IMG/VR virus record: IMGVR_UViG_3300032219_002585
Coordinates: 1 to 41,169 of that record
Source: a virus
Lineage: Duplodnaviria > Caudoviricetes
Length of the DNA: 41,169 bases
Reading direction: 5' to 3' (one strand)
Shown here: positions 27,342-36,753 of the stretch, piece after piece
Position numbering within the stretch: position 1 is the first letter of the stretch
Layout: each line of letters begins with the position of its first letter
The notes under the pieces: model-generated
The model's database searches: none
What the model saw: only the letters and a program-made list of their open reading frames with translations
What the model was told of the DNA's origin: nothing
Translations under genes and position numbers: made by a program

Positions 27342-27364
27342 ACTAAATACATTATGTATTTAGT
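27342..27364. promoter_or_regulatory. Palindromic double late promoter ACTAAATACAT-T-ATGTATTTAGT
   Basis: 11-bp perfect arms around 1 nt; TAAATA at 27344-49 (+) and 27357-62 (-), between the divergent gp26-like and tape-measure genes. Confidence 0.8.
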
Positions 27365-27375
27365 GGACAAATCCC

Positions 27376-29940
27376 ATGGCTGAATTTAATGAAGAAACGG
27401 TTAGAGAATTAGATGCTAGCATCCGTGAACTAACGGGAGTTATGCAATCCTCTATGGGTATCACTGGATCTTCGATGAGCAATCAAAAAGATTTCAGTAA
27501 AGCATTAGGTAATGCTTCATCATCGGCGTCAGTATTAAGTACCCGCAATAAAGAAGTTGCAACTTCTGCAACCAATGTCAGCACAGCAAACAAGATGGCA
27601 GCAGAGGCTGCGTACACAGTAGGCAAATCATTATCAATACTGGGTACAGCTACTAAAGAAAGTAAAGATGCTTTAGCTACATTGGGTAAAACTATGTTGG
27701 ATACCCGTGAGGGTATGTCCAAATATAATGCTGCATTAAATCAAGCAGCAAGTGCAGCAGCGACTGGGTTGTCAGCTTTTGGACCTTTGGGTAAAGTTGT
27801 AGGATTATTATTAAAACCATTGACGATGTTAGTGGAACAAGCATTTGCATTTCAAGATAATTTGTTTATCGCTAAAGACGAATTAGCTAAATTTGGTGCT
27901 GTGGGACAACTTACTACTCTTGAAATTCAAAAAATGGGAGAAGCCTCAGGCTTTTCTACATTTGAAATAGAAAAGTATACTAAGATGGTTACCAAAGCTG
28001 GCGTAGGCCTAGCGGGATTGGGAGGTTCAGTAAGTCAAGGTGTAGTAGAGTTTACAAAATTAACTAAGATCACTGACGAAGAACAACGCAGATTGTTATC
28101 GTTGGGCGTTACAATCGATGATTTCGTTGAAAACACTGCTGATTTTGTTAGATTACAAACAATGTCAGGTAGAATGATTACTGAAGAAATGAAAACTAGC
28201 GGGTATCTACAACGATCAGCAAAAGAATATACTGAAAATTTATTAGTACTGAGTGCATTATCGGGTGAGAGTGTACAAGAACAAAAACAAAAACAATTGC
28301 AATTGGCGCAAGAAAGAGAATCACAAATAGCTGATTTGGCGACCACTAATAAAATTAGAGAGTTAGAAAAGGGCAATGCTGCTGATCGGCAAGAAGCAGC
28401 TAGATTACAAAAGAAATTGGATTTAGAAAGATCGGTCATCCAATTCACTTCAGCCACACTGGGTATGGATGCTGCCAAATCATTACAGCATTTTTTGAAA
28501 ACCGGCGTGTATACCCCAGAAACAATGAAAATCATGCGTAATACGGGTATGACATTAGAAGAATTGCGATCTGCATTCGAAAGAGGTGAAGATGTTGGTG
28601 TAAAATTCGTAGAGGGCTTGGCTAAAGCGGACCTGCAACTGATAGAAAGTCAGGGCCTTGCATTGCAGCTTAGCAAAGAATATAGTGAGGGTATGGGACT
28701 TAACAGCGAACGATTGGCTAAATTAGCTGTATTAAACGATAAGTCAATTGAAGAAACTAAAAAGGAAATTGAAGCAAAGGTAAAAGCAGGATTAGGGAAT
28801 GACGAAGCGGAACAGAATAGAAAAAAGGCCCTAGAAAATGAGAAAAAATTTAGGGAAAGTATAGATGGATTTTCAAAATCACTGCAGTCATTTATACCTA
28901 CATTTAACCAATTTACAACAATAATGACGGGTTTTGTAGAAAAATTAAGTAAAGTGGACTGGAAGAAAACAATTGATGATATGATTAACGGTTTTAAAAC
29001 CCTGGTAGGGTATTTTAATAATATAAAAGATGTGATGACTGCGCCCGGCCGCGCCGGCGAGTTTTTAGGAGGCAAAGCAGCCGATATAAAAGATTATATT
29101 ACTGGTGCGCCACACAGTGGCGGCTTGGGTAACATATTGGGATTTGGTAGCAATTCACAAGGATCACAGGCACCAGGACAACGTATGGCATCTAACGGTT
29201 CGGAGTCAGCATTATTAAATCTAATTGCTAGTAAAGAAAGTGGGGGAGATTATAATGTTCTTGTGGGTGGGAAAAAGGAAAATCTAACAGGAATGACGGT
29301 TAAAGATGTACTTGCCTTCCAAGAAAAAATGCCTGGAATGGGGTTTGAATCTACTGCTGTAGGTAAATATCAAATAATAAAAAAAACTCTAGAGGCAACA
29401 ATGAAACGCGCAGGAGTGGGACCTGATGATTTATTCAACGAATCTACCCAAGAAAAATTAGGTCGCGCCCTATTAGAGAAAAGAGGGTACTCAGCTTACA
29501 TGAGTAAAAAAATAACTCCAGACCAGTTTGCGGATAATCTTGCACAGGAGTGGGCAGCATTGCCCACTAGCACAGGTAAGAGCCATTATGATAAAGTAGG
29601 ATCGAACAAATCTCTAATTAGCCGGCAACAGTTAATGGAAGCATTGCCTAGGGCTAGTCTGGGGGGTTCTTTTTCAGGGCCAAACTCAGGATACCCAGTA
29701 ATGCTTCATGGAGCAGAAACAGTTGTACCAACACCTAACCCAAGTACTAGCTTAATTAAAATAGAGGGCGATGCCGCCGCCAATAAAATAACTTCAGCTA
29801 TGACAGGAATGAATGGCGATGCTCTTAGAAGTATTATGGAAGAATTATACTCAATGATGGAATATAAGTTAACAGAAATGGTAGATAAACTGTCAACCAG
29901 CAATGATCTTCAAGATAAATTATTAAGAGTCCAAAGTTAA
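27376..29940 (+). CDS. Tape-measure-like tail protein with C-terminal lysozyme-like domain (854 aa)
   Basis: Long Ala/Leu/Lys/Glu-rich helical region, then LIASKESGGDYN...AVGKYQII...LAQEWAALP (lambda-lysozyme-like), then GYPVMLHGAETVVP. Confidence 0.75.
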   Translation: MAEFNEETVRELDASIRELTGVMQSSMGITGSSMSNQKDFSKALGNASSSASVLSTRNKEVATSATNVSTANKMAAEAAYTVGKSLSILGTATKESKDALATLGKTMLDTREGMSKYNAALNQAASAAATGLSAFGPLGKVVGLLLKPLTMLVEQAFAFQDNLFIAKDELAKFGAVGQLTTLEIQKMGEASGFSTFEIEKYTKMVTKAGVGLAGLGGSVSQGVVEFTKLTKITDEEQRRLLSLGVTIDDFVENTADFVRLQTMSGRMITEEMKTSGYLQRSAKEYTENLLVLSALSGESVQEQKQKQLQLAQERESQIADLATTNKIRELEKGNAADRQEAARLQKKLDLERSVIQFTSATLGMDAAKSLQHFLKTGVYTPETMKIMRNTGMTLEELRSAFERGEDVGVKFVEGLAKADLQLIESQGLALQLSKEYSEGMGLNSERLAKLAVLNDKSIEETKKEIEAKVKAGLGNDEAEQNRKKALENEKKFRESIDGFSKSLQSFIPTFNQFTTIMTGFVEKLSKVDWKKTIDDMINGFKTLVGYFNNIKDVMTAPGRAGEFLGGKAADIKDYITGAPHSGGLGNILGFGSNSQGSQAPGQRMASNGSESALLNLIASKESGGDYNVLVGGKKENLTGMTVKDVLAFQEKMPGMGFESTAVGKYQIIKKTLEATMKRAGVGPDDLFNESTQEKLGRALLEKRGYSAYMSKKITPDQFADNLAQEWAALPTSTGKSHYDKVGSNKSLISRQQLMEALPRASLGGSFSGPNSGYPVMLHGAETVVPTPNPSTSLIKIEGDAAANKITSAMTGMNGDALRSIMEELYSMMEYKLTEMVDKLSTSNDLQDKLLRVQS

Positions 29941-29974
29941 AATATTGATGCCAAGGTGAAAGCATAAATAGTTG

Positions 29975-31702
29975 ATGAGGGAAGAGCTATTAAAAATTTG
30001 TGGATCGCGCCCAATAGTGGGTATACCCAGGTGGATTAAAGCTGCCCGACCACAGCTTTTTGAAAAAATTCAAGAAGAAACACGAGATTACCCCACAAAA
30101 AATTTCATGGAGCAAGTATACATTATCATTAATGGAGCACCACCCAAATGTAAATGTGGTAACTATCGGGTATTCAATACCTTTATATTGGGATATCGAA
30201 TTGGGTGTGTATTAGGCAATGCCTGTTTAGATGTAAGTGAAAATCGGACGGAAAAGCAAAAAATAACTCTACTTAGAAAATTTGGTGTATCAAACGCAGC
30301 AAAATTAGAAATAGTCCAACAAAAAATAAAAGAAACCAATTTACAAAAATATGGCACAGCACACCATAGTCAAAATGCTCTAGTGAAGGAAAAATCCAGA
30401 CTCACTCGAAATTCAAGAACACCTGAACAAAAAGAAAAAACAAAAGAAAGGGCAAGAAATACAAATTTGAAGAAATATGATGTCCCACATCACATGAACA
30501 TGAAAGCTCAGCAGCAAAAATTAATAAACACCAATCTATTAAAGTATGGCGTTGAATTTCCACTTCAAAACCCCGTGTCATTAGCCAAGATGAAAACTTC
30601 TTGGGAAAAAAATGATATAGCTCAAGTTAACTCTAACAGAAAACAAACCTTAATAGAAAAATATGGGGTAGATGCTGCCAGTAAAATTTCCTTACCAGAA
30701 TCCACTATTAAAATTTTGGCATCAGCCCATGATTTTCGAGCATTCGTCGAGGGCAAAGAACGTAAACAGGTAATGGACACATTAAAAATTCACGAACATA
30801 CTCTGTACCTCTATGCTAAAAAGTACGATGCTAGACATTTATTCAAGCGCCCGCTTACCAGTCAATTTGAAATTGAAGTAGCCAACTTTTTAACTACACT
30901 AGAAGTCGATTTTATTCAAAATAATAGGGCTGTCATAGCACCTTTGGAACTTGATTTTTACATTCCCATGTCTAACTTAGCAATAGAATGTTGTGGGCTA
31001 TATTGGCACAGTGAAAATTCGTCAGGTCGAAACAGAAACTATCATCATACTAAGTATAAAAAGTGTGCTGATTTAGGGATAAATCTGCTAACTATCTTTG
31101 AAGACGACTGGCAAAATAAAAAAGAAAAGATTCAAAATAGAATTAAACTGAGTGTAGAAAAGTCTAAAACTTACGTGTACGCTAGAAAAACAATAGTGAA
31201 AGAAATTGATTCCCCTACTGCTAAATACTTCACTGATGAGTATCATATCCAATCTAGTTCGCCAGCTAAAATTTCATTAGGTCTTTATCACGAGGACCAA
31301 TTGATTTCAGTAATGACTTTCAACAAAGCTAGGTACAATAAGAAGTATGACTATGAAATTGTTAGGTATTGCTCCAACAAAAACATTGTGGGTGGGTCCA
31401 GTAAATTACTGAAATTTTTTGTAGACAAATACTCTCCAAAAAATATCATTTCGTACAACGACAATAGGTATTTCACTGGTAAGGTGTATGAAACATTAGG
31501 TTTCACTCAGCAAAAGACTAACGTGGGTTATTGCTACACTGACTATAAAAAACGATTTGATCGATTAAATTTTCAAAAACACAAATTAGTAGAACAAGGA
31601 CACGACAACAGTAAATCAGAGTGGAATATCATGCAGGAATTAGGCTTTGACCGTATATGGGACTGTGGACAAACTACTTGGGCATTGCATCTTCGAGACT
31701 AA
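29975..31702 (+). CDS. Free-standing putative homing endonuclease (Hef-like), copy 2
   Basis: CKCG, KFG/KYG repeats, SQFEIEV...ELDFYIP...AIECCGLYWHSE, YEIVRYC...GGSSKLL...ISYND...YETLGF, GFDRIWDCG; own TAAATA at 29965-70. Confidence 0.75.
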   Translation: MREELLKICGSRPIVGIPRWIKAARPQLFEKIQEETRDYPTKNFMEQVYIIINGAPPKCKCGNYRVFNTFILGYRIGCVLGNACLDVSENRTEKQKITLLRKFGVSNAAKLEIVQQKIKETNLQKYGTAHHSQNALVKEKSRLTRNSRTPEQKEKTKERARNTNLKKYDVPHHMNMKAQQQKLINTNLLKYGVEFPLQNPVSLAKMKTSWEKNDIAQVNSNRKQTLIEKYGVDAASKISLPESTIKILASAHDFRAFVEGKERKQVMDTLKIHEHTLYLYAKKYDARHLFKRPLTSQFEIEVANFLTTLEVDFIQNNRAVIAPLELDFYIPMSNLAIECCGLYWHSENSSGRNRNYHHTKYKKCADLGINLLTIFEDDWQNKKEKIQNRIKLSVEKSKTYVYARKTIVKEIDSPTAKYFTDEYHIQSSSPAKISLGLYHEDQLISVMTFNKARYNKKYDYEIVRYCSNKNIVGGSSKLLKFFVDKYSPKNIISYNDNRYFTGKVYETLGFTQQKTNVGYCYTDYKKRFDRLNFQKHKLVEQGHDNSKSEWNIMQELGFDRIWDCGQTTWALHLRD

Positions 31703-31710
31703 ATAACATC

Positions 31711-33492
31711 ATGACATATAAAAAGCGTTTTCTAAATAAAAGTGGTATTTCTAGCCCTATTTCTGGCGTCAATAGTAATACTGGCGCTTGGAATGGGTCA
31801 CCTGGCCAAAATGGGTCATCTACCGGTGGTTGGAATAATCAAGAGTTTGGTTATAAAAATTACATGAGTAATTTACCTGAAGTATACACTGGGCATCCTA
31901 ATCGAATTGAGCGCTATAATCAATATGAAATGATGGATGTTGACGCTGAGATTAATGCTTGTTTAGATATTATTGCTGAATTTAGCACCCAAGAGAATGA
32001 ACATAATAACACTCCATTTGATTTATCGTACAAAGAAGATCCTACTCCACACGAAGTAGAAATACTAAAGCAACAAATACAGCAATGGTGTAAATTAAAT
32101 GAATTCGACCAGCGCATATTCAAAATATTCAGAAATACACTAAAGTATGGCGATCAAGTATTTGTTAGAGACCCAGAAAATTTTAAGCTTTATTGGATAG
32201 ACATGACTAAGGTCATTAAAGTCATAGTTAATGAAAGTGAGGGTAAAAAGCCAGAACAGTATGTAATTAAAGACATCAATATTAATTTACAAAATTTGTC
32301 AGCAGCCCAGAAGACTAATACCGACTTTGCCTCGAATCCAGCTACAGGATCGGGCGGGACAGGAGGGGGTTCACCATCTTCAGGCTATACTGTACCCGCT
32401 ATGCCGTATAATACAACAGGTAGTAGATTTACTTTAGGTCAAACTGAAAGTGCGATTGATGCCAAACATGTGGTCCACATGAGCTTGACTGAAGGATTGG
32501 ATAGATTTTGGCCTTTTGGACAATCTATATTAGAAAATGTCTTTAAGGTATACAAACAAAAAGAACTTCTTGAAGATGCTGTGTTAATTTATCGTGTTCA
32601 ACGTGCCCCAGAACGAAGAATGTTCAAGATTGATGTGGGTAATATGCCCTCTCATATGGCTATGGCATTCGTGGAACGGATTAAAAATGAAATCCATCAG
32701 CGTAGAATACCATCATCACAGGGTGGACAAAGTATGTTAGATGCCACATACTCGCCTCTTGGAATGAATGAAGATTACTTCTTTCCCGTGACCGCTGATG
32801 GTCGAGGAAGTAGCGTAGAAGTTTTACCGGGTGGGCAAAATTTGGGGGAAATTGATGACCTCCGCTACTTCAATAACAGATTGGCGAGGGGTCTTCGCGT
32901 ACCTAGCTCTTATTTACCCACGGGCCCAGATGATAATAATACACCCCTTAGCGACGGTCGTGTAGGTACAGCCATGATTCAGGAATTTAGATTTAACAAA
33001 TACTGTGAAAGATTACAAGCATATATTAGTCACAAATTAGACGAAGAATTTAAATTATTTTTGCGATGGAGGGGGTTCAATATTGATAGTGGATTGTTTA
33101 CATTAAAATTTAATCCACCTCAAAATTTTGCTGCTTACCGCCAAAGTGAATTGGATACCGCTAGGGTCAACACATTCAGTTCGATGGAAGCATATCCTTA
33201 TATTTCGAAACGTTTTGCGCTAGAACGATTTTTAGGATTGACTGAGGATGATATAAAAAAGAATGAAAAGCTTTGGCGTGAAGAACAAAACAAAGATAAA
33301 ATTAATGAACCCAAGGGTTCTGATATCCGTAATATTGGAGTAAGTGTGGGGGACATACAAACTGATCAAGACTTGGCGTCAGAATTGGAATCTCCTGAGG
33401 GTGAAGCCTCTGATATGGAAGTAGCACCTCCTGTAGCGGGAGGCGCACCCGGAACAGAACCAGCGCCACAAGCTGCGCCCGGCCAAATTTAA
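31711..33492 (+). CDS. gp20: Portal protein, T4 gp20-like (593 aa)
   Basis: LLEDAVLIYRVQRAPERRMFKIDVGNMP, EDYFFP, VLPGGQNLGEIDDLRYF, LRVPSSYL. Start placed at ATG 31711, after TAAATA at 31700-05. Confidence 0.95.
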   Translation: MTYKKRFLNKSGISSPISGVNSNTGAWNGSPGQNGSSTGGWNNQEFGYKNYMSNLPEVYTGHPNRIERYNQYEMMDVDAEINACLDIIAEFSTQENEHNNTPFDLSYKEDPTPHEVEILKQQIQQWCKLNEFDQRIFKIFRNTLKYGDQVFVRDPENFKLYWIDMTKVIKVIVNESEGKKPEQYVIKDININLQNLSAAQKTNTDFASNPATGSGGTGGGSPSSGYTVPAMPYNTTGSRFTLGQTESAIDAKHVVHMSLTEGLDRFWPFGQSILENVFKVYKQKELLEDAVLIYRVQRAPERRMFKIDVGNMPSHMAMAFVERIKNEIHQRRIPSSQGGQSMLDATYSPLGMNEDYFFPVTADGRGSSVEVLPGGQNLGEIDDLRYFNNRLARGLRVPSSYLPTGPDDNNTPLSDGRVGTAMIQEFRFNKYCERLQAYISHKLDEEFKLFLRWRGFNIDSGLFTLKFNPPQNFAAYRQSELDTARVNTFSSMEAYPYISKRFALERFLGLTEDDIKKNEKLWREEQNKDKINEPKGSDIRNIGVSVGDIQTDQDLASELESPEGEASDMEVAPPVAGGAPGTEPAPQAAPGQI

Positions 33493-33529
33493 TTGAGGTT
33501 GGATTTTGACATGGACGATAAATAAAGTA

Positions 33530-33763
33530 ATGCGCCTATTTGAAATGTTTTCCCCTCCAATTTCAGGTTACCAAGATGTCGATTCCGACAACTCCGTCCC
33601 ACGCTGGAAAGAAAATCGCAAAACTAAACTAACATTAAAGCAAATTAGAAAATTGCGAAAAATGTTAGATGTTAGATCATATGAAAGGCAACAACACCTC
33701 AATAAAGTCCATGAACAATATGGCGCGGCATCTGCTGAGCAAGCAGCAATGCCTACTATGTGA
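33530..33763 (+). CDS. Small basic hypothetical protein of the head cluster (77 aa)
   Basis: MRLFEMF...RKTKLTLKQIRKLRKM; preceded by TAAATA at 33519-24. Confidence 0.7.
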   Translation: MRLFEMFSPPISGYQDVDSDNSVPRWKENRKTKLTLKQIRKLRKMLDVRSYERQQHLNKVHEQYGAASAEQAAMPTM

Positions 33764-33790
33764 TCTTCGCAAAGAAGATCGTTACTTTTG
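33762..33790 (+). terminator. Possible hairpin terminator
   Basis: GATCTTC-GCAAA-GAAGATC followed by GTTACTTTT. Confidence 0.4.
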
Positions 33791-33883
33791 CCTAAAAGCG
33801 TAAAAAACTACGCTTATATAGCACTTTTACCTCGTATAGTCTAAATAACTATTAAGAAGCCATTTAATTCAGGAGAAATGTAC

Positions 33884-34690
33884 ATGGACAATAAAAAATT
33901 CGAACAACTTATTGAATTAATTATCAATGAGGATGAAGATCAAGCCCGCTCACTATTTCATGATATCGTGGTTGAAAAATCGCGTGAGATTTACGAATCA
34001 ATGATGGATGATGAAATGGAAGAAGGTATGGGTGGTCAAGTGGGCGATCTACTTGATGACATTACCGCAGAGGAACAGGGCATGACCGAAGATGATGAAT
34101 CTGAAGACGACTTAGACATTGAGATGGATGACGAAGTTGAAATGAGTCCTGAAGATGAACCTGAAGAAATGGGCGGTGAAGAAGAATTGGAAGATCGAGT
34201 AGTAGACCTAGAAGATAAATTAGATCAGCTAATGGCTGAATTTGAAGATATCATGGGTGGTGAAGATGAAGAAGGCGAAGACATGGACATGGATATGGAC
34301 GCCGACGAAGAAGGCGATATGGATATGGATTCAATGAGCGACGAAGAAGTTATGGAAGCTGTACAGCTACAAAAAGTTTCGTTGACTTCGGGTGACAATG
34401 GTAATCAAACAAAAAGTTCTGCCCCACAAAACAGTGGACAGGCAGGTATGGATAGTAGACCAGTGAAGTTTTCAGGTTTCGCTGAAACTGACCCAAAAGG
34501 ACCAAAAGGTGCAACAAATGCATATGCTAAGGGTGAAACACAGGTCAAGGGTGCAGGGCAATTCAAAAATGCTCCTGGACATAAATCACAAGATTTAGCG
34601 TCAGCACCAAAGCCAAAGTTGGATGATGATGGTGCTAATACCAAGAGCCCCGTAGCTGAGTCACGCAGAATTACTAAGAAGCGTATCTAA
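33884..34690 (+). CDS. Highly acidic putative prohead core / internal head protein
   Basis: Asp/Glu/Met-rich N-terminal two thirds, Gly/Lys/Pro-rich tail; between portal and protease; AGGAGA 7 nt before ATG 33884; TAAATA at 33842-47. Confidence 0.6.
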   Translation: MDNKKFEQLIELIINEDEDQARSLFHDIVVEKSREIYESMMDDEMEEGMGGQVGDLLDDITAEEQGMTEDDESEDDLDIEMDDEVEMSPEDEPEEMGGEEELEDRVVDLEDKLDQLMAEFEDIMGGEDEEGEDMDMDMDADEEGDMDMDSMSDEEVMEAVQLQKVSLTSGDNGNQTKSSAPQNSGQAGMDSRPVKFSGFAETDPKGPKGATNAYAKGETQVKGAGQFKNAPGHKSQDLASAPKPKLDDDGANTKSPVAESRRITKKRI

Positions 34691-34705
34691 GGGAACCTGA
34701 GAACA

Positions 34706-35341
34706 ATGGCTTTGTATCTTCGGGAAAATCTAACATTCGACCGCGCGAATATGGTGGTCGAATCGTTAGATGACGGTGATGGAAAATCTCTTTATATGAA
34801 AGGGATTTTTATCCAAGGCGCGGTAAAAAACGCCAATGATCGAATTTACCCAGTTAACGAAATAAATATGGCTGTAGAGTCCCTCAATAAACAAATATCT
34901 GAGGGGTTTTCAGTAATGGGCGAAGTAGATCATCCGGATGATTTGAAGATTAATTTAGAGCGTGTATCACATATCATAACATCAATGTGGATGGATGGCC
35001 AAAATGGTTTTGGAAAATTAAAACTGTTGCCAACTCCCATGGGATTGTTAGTCAAAACAATGTTAGAGAGTGGCGTGAAGCTAGGAGTATCTAGCCGAGG
35101 CAGCGGCAATGTTAACGATATGGACGGCCGTGTTAGCGACTTTGAAATAGTTACTGTGGATATTGTTGCTCAACCCTCAGCACCTCAGGCTTACCCTAAG
35201 GCTATTTATGAAGGTATGATGGCTATGAAATATGGACACAAAACTTTACAGATAGCAAAAGAAGCTCAAGGTAATAAAAAAGTAGAAAAATTCTTTAAAG
35301 AGGAAGTAACGCGCCTTATTAAGGATCTCAAAATAAAATGA
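34706..35341 (+). CDS. gp21: Prohead protease, T4 gp21-like
   Basis: GIFIQGAVKNANDRIYP, GEVDHP, LGVSSRGSG, DIVAQPSAPQAY. Confidence 0.95.
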   Translation: MALYLRENLTFDRANMVVESLDDGDGKSLYMKGIFIQGAVKNANDRIYPVNEINMAVESLNKQISEGFSVMGEVDHPDDLKINLERVSHIITSMWMDGQNGFGKLKLLPTPMGLLVKTMLESGVKLGVSSRGSGNVNDMDGRVSDFEIVTVDIVAQPSAPQAYPKAIYEGMMAMKYGHKTLQIAKEAQGNKKVEKFFKEEVTRLIKDLKIK

Positions 35342-35631
35342 CTGTATCATATAATAAGTTAAGAATATATTTGGGCAAACATAGTGTTTGCCAAATAGTA
35401 AAACCAAGGGTCTTTTTAGGAAAATACCACATCCGTAGTTTAATATCAAAAAGGTCTTTAGTTAAGTCAGGTGAAACGGGTATCATATCACCTAAGGGAA
35501 ATCAGTGTCACGCCTCGTTTGATAAAGTCATTAACAATTGTGCTGATACAACAACAAATTGTTGGTGCAAGAATCAAACAACTGGTTGGATGATACAAAA
35601 GAAAAAAATAACAGGAGTAAATAATGTTTGA
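35338..35631 (+). pseudogene. Insert between protease and scaffold genes; possible remnant of a homing-endonuclease gene (97-aa ORF)
   Basis: The ORF overlaps both neighbours. IISPKGN...GWMIQK loosely resembles C-terminal DNA-binding modules of phage endonucleases. No catalytic motif is visible. Confidence 0.3.
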
Positions 35632-36724
35632 TACATTAAAACCGTTACTTGAAAACGGACTCATCAACGAAGAAATCAGTACACAGTTAAATGAAGTCTG
35701 GGAACAAAAGTTGACTGAAGCCCGCGAACAAGTCCGTGCGGAACTAAGAGAAGAGTTTGCTCAAAAATATGAGCATGATCGTACAATAATGGTTGAAGCT
35801 CTAGATAAGATGGTAACACAAACTTTACAGACTGAAATTGAAGAATTTCATGCTGAAAAACAAGCAATAAGTGAAGACCGCGTCCAATCTAAAATAAAAT
35901 TGCGAGAGAGTGCAACAAAATTTAACGAATTCATGGTTACAAAATTAGCCGAAGAAATCAAAGAATTGCGCTCAGACCGTAAAATTCAAAAAGAAAGTCA
36001 ACAAAAACTAGAACAATTTATTGTTCACGCATTAGCTCGTGAAATCAAAGAATTTTCACAAGATAAAAGAGCAGTTGTTGAGGCAAAAGTCAAATTGGTT
36101 GCTGAAGGTCGTAAACAACTTGAAACGCTTAAAGCAAAATTTGTTGCTGAAAGTGCCAAAAGAATGAATAGCGTAGTTACCACTCATCTAAAGGGCGAGT
36201 TAAACCAATTGAAAGAAGATATCAAAGTTGCTCGTGAGAACAATTTTGGTCGTAGACTATTTGAAGCATTTGCTGGTGAATTTTCATCTACTCATCTTAA
36301 CGAGAAGGCTGAAACTCGTAATTTATTACAAGTATTGGCAAGCAAAGACCAACAATTAGTCGAAGCTAAACAAATGATCGATCAAACAAGAAAATTGGTC
36401 GAAACAAAGGACCGTGAAGTTCGGATTATCAAAGAGTCTACTCAACGTGAAAGGGTAATGGGGGAACTATTATCTACGTTGAACGTGGAAAAGGCCGGTG
36501 TTATGAAGAATTTATTAGAAAGCGTGCAAACACCTAGATTGCAAGCCGCTTTTGAAAAGTATTTGCCAGCAGTTTTGAATACCGGCAGAGAGAGAAAAGT
36601 TGAAAAAACTATGATCGCTGAACGTGTTACAGAATTTACTGGTAATAAATCTGCCAAAAAAGTCGAAGTTGAAGTTGAAGATCGTGATAACGTGATCGAC
36701 ATCAAGCGTCTGGCAGGGCTTTGA
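35624..36724 (+). CDS. gp22: Prohead core scaffold protein, T4 gp22-like
   Basis: Glu/Lys-rich coiled coil of 366 aa between protease and major capsid; AGGAG ribosome-binding site. Confidence 0.8.
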   Translation: MFDTLKPLLENGLINEEISTQLNEVWEQKLTEAREQVRAELREEFAQKYEHDRTIMVEALDKMVTQTLQTEIEEFHAEKQAISEDRVQSKIKLRESATKFNEFMVTKLAEEIKELRSDRKIQKESQQKLEQFIVHALAREIKEFSQDKRAVVEAKVKLVAEGRKQLETLKAKFVAESAKRMNSVVTTHLKGELNQLKEDIKVARENNFGRRLFEAFAGEFSSTHLNEKAETRNLLQVLASKDQQLVEAKQMIDQTRKLVETKDREVRIIKESTQRERVMGELLSTLNVEKAGVMKNLLESVQTPRLQAAFEKYLPAVLNTGRERKVEKTMIAERVTEFTGNKSAKKVEVEVEDRDNVIDIKRLAGL

Positions 36725-36753
36725 TTTAAAGACAGAAAAAGGAGATAATTATA

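Noticed and set aside
34270-34335. GACATG/GATATG short repeats as a DNA repeat element
   Set aside because: They simply encode the Asp-Met low-complexity tract of the acidic core protein.
35618-35623. TAAATA before the scaffold gene as a late promoter
   Set aside because: It abuts the ATG and lies between a good AGGAG and the start codon, so it is more likely spacer sequence.
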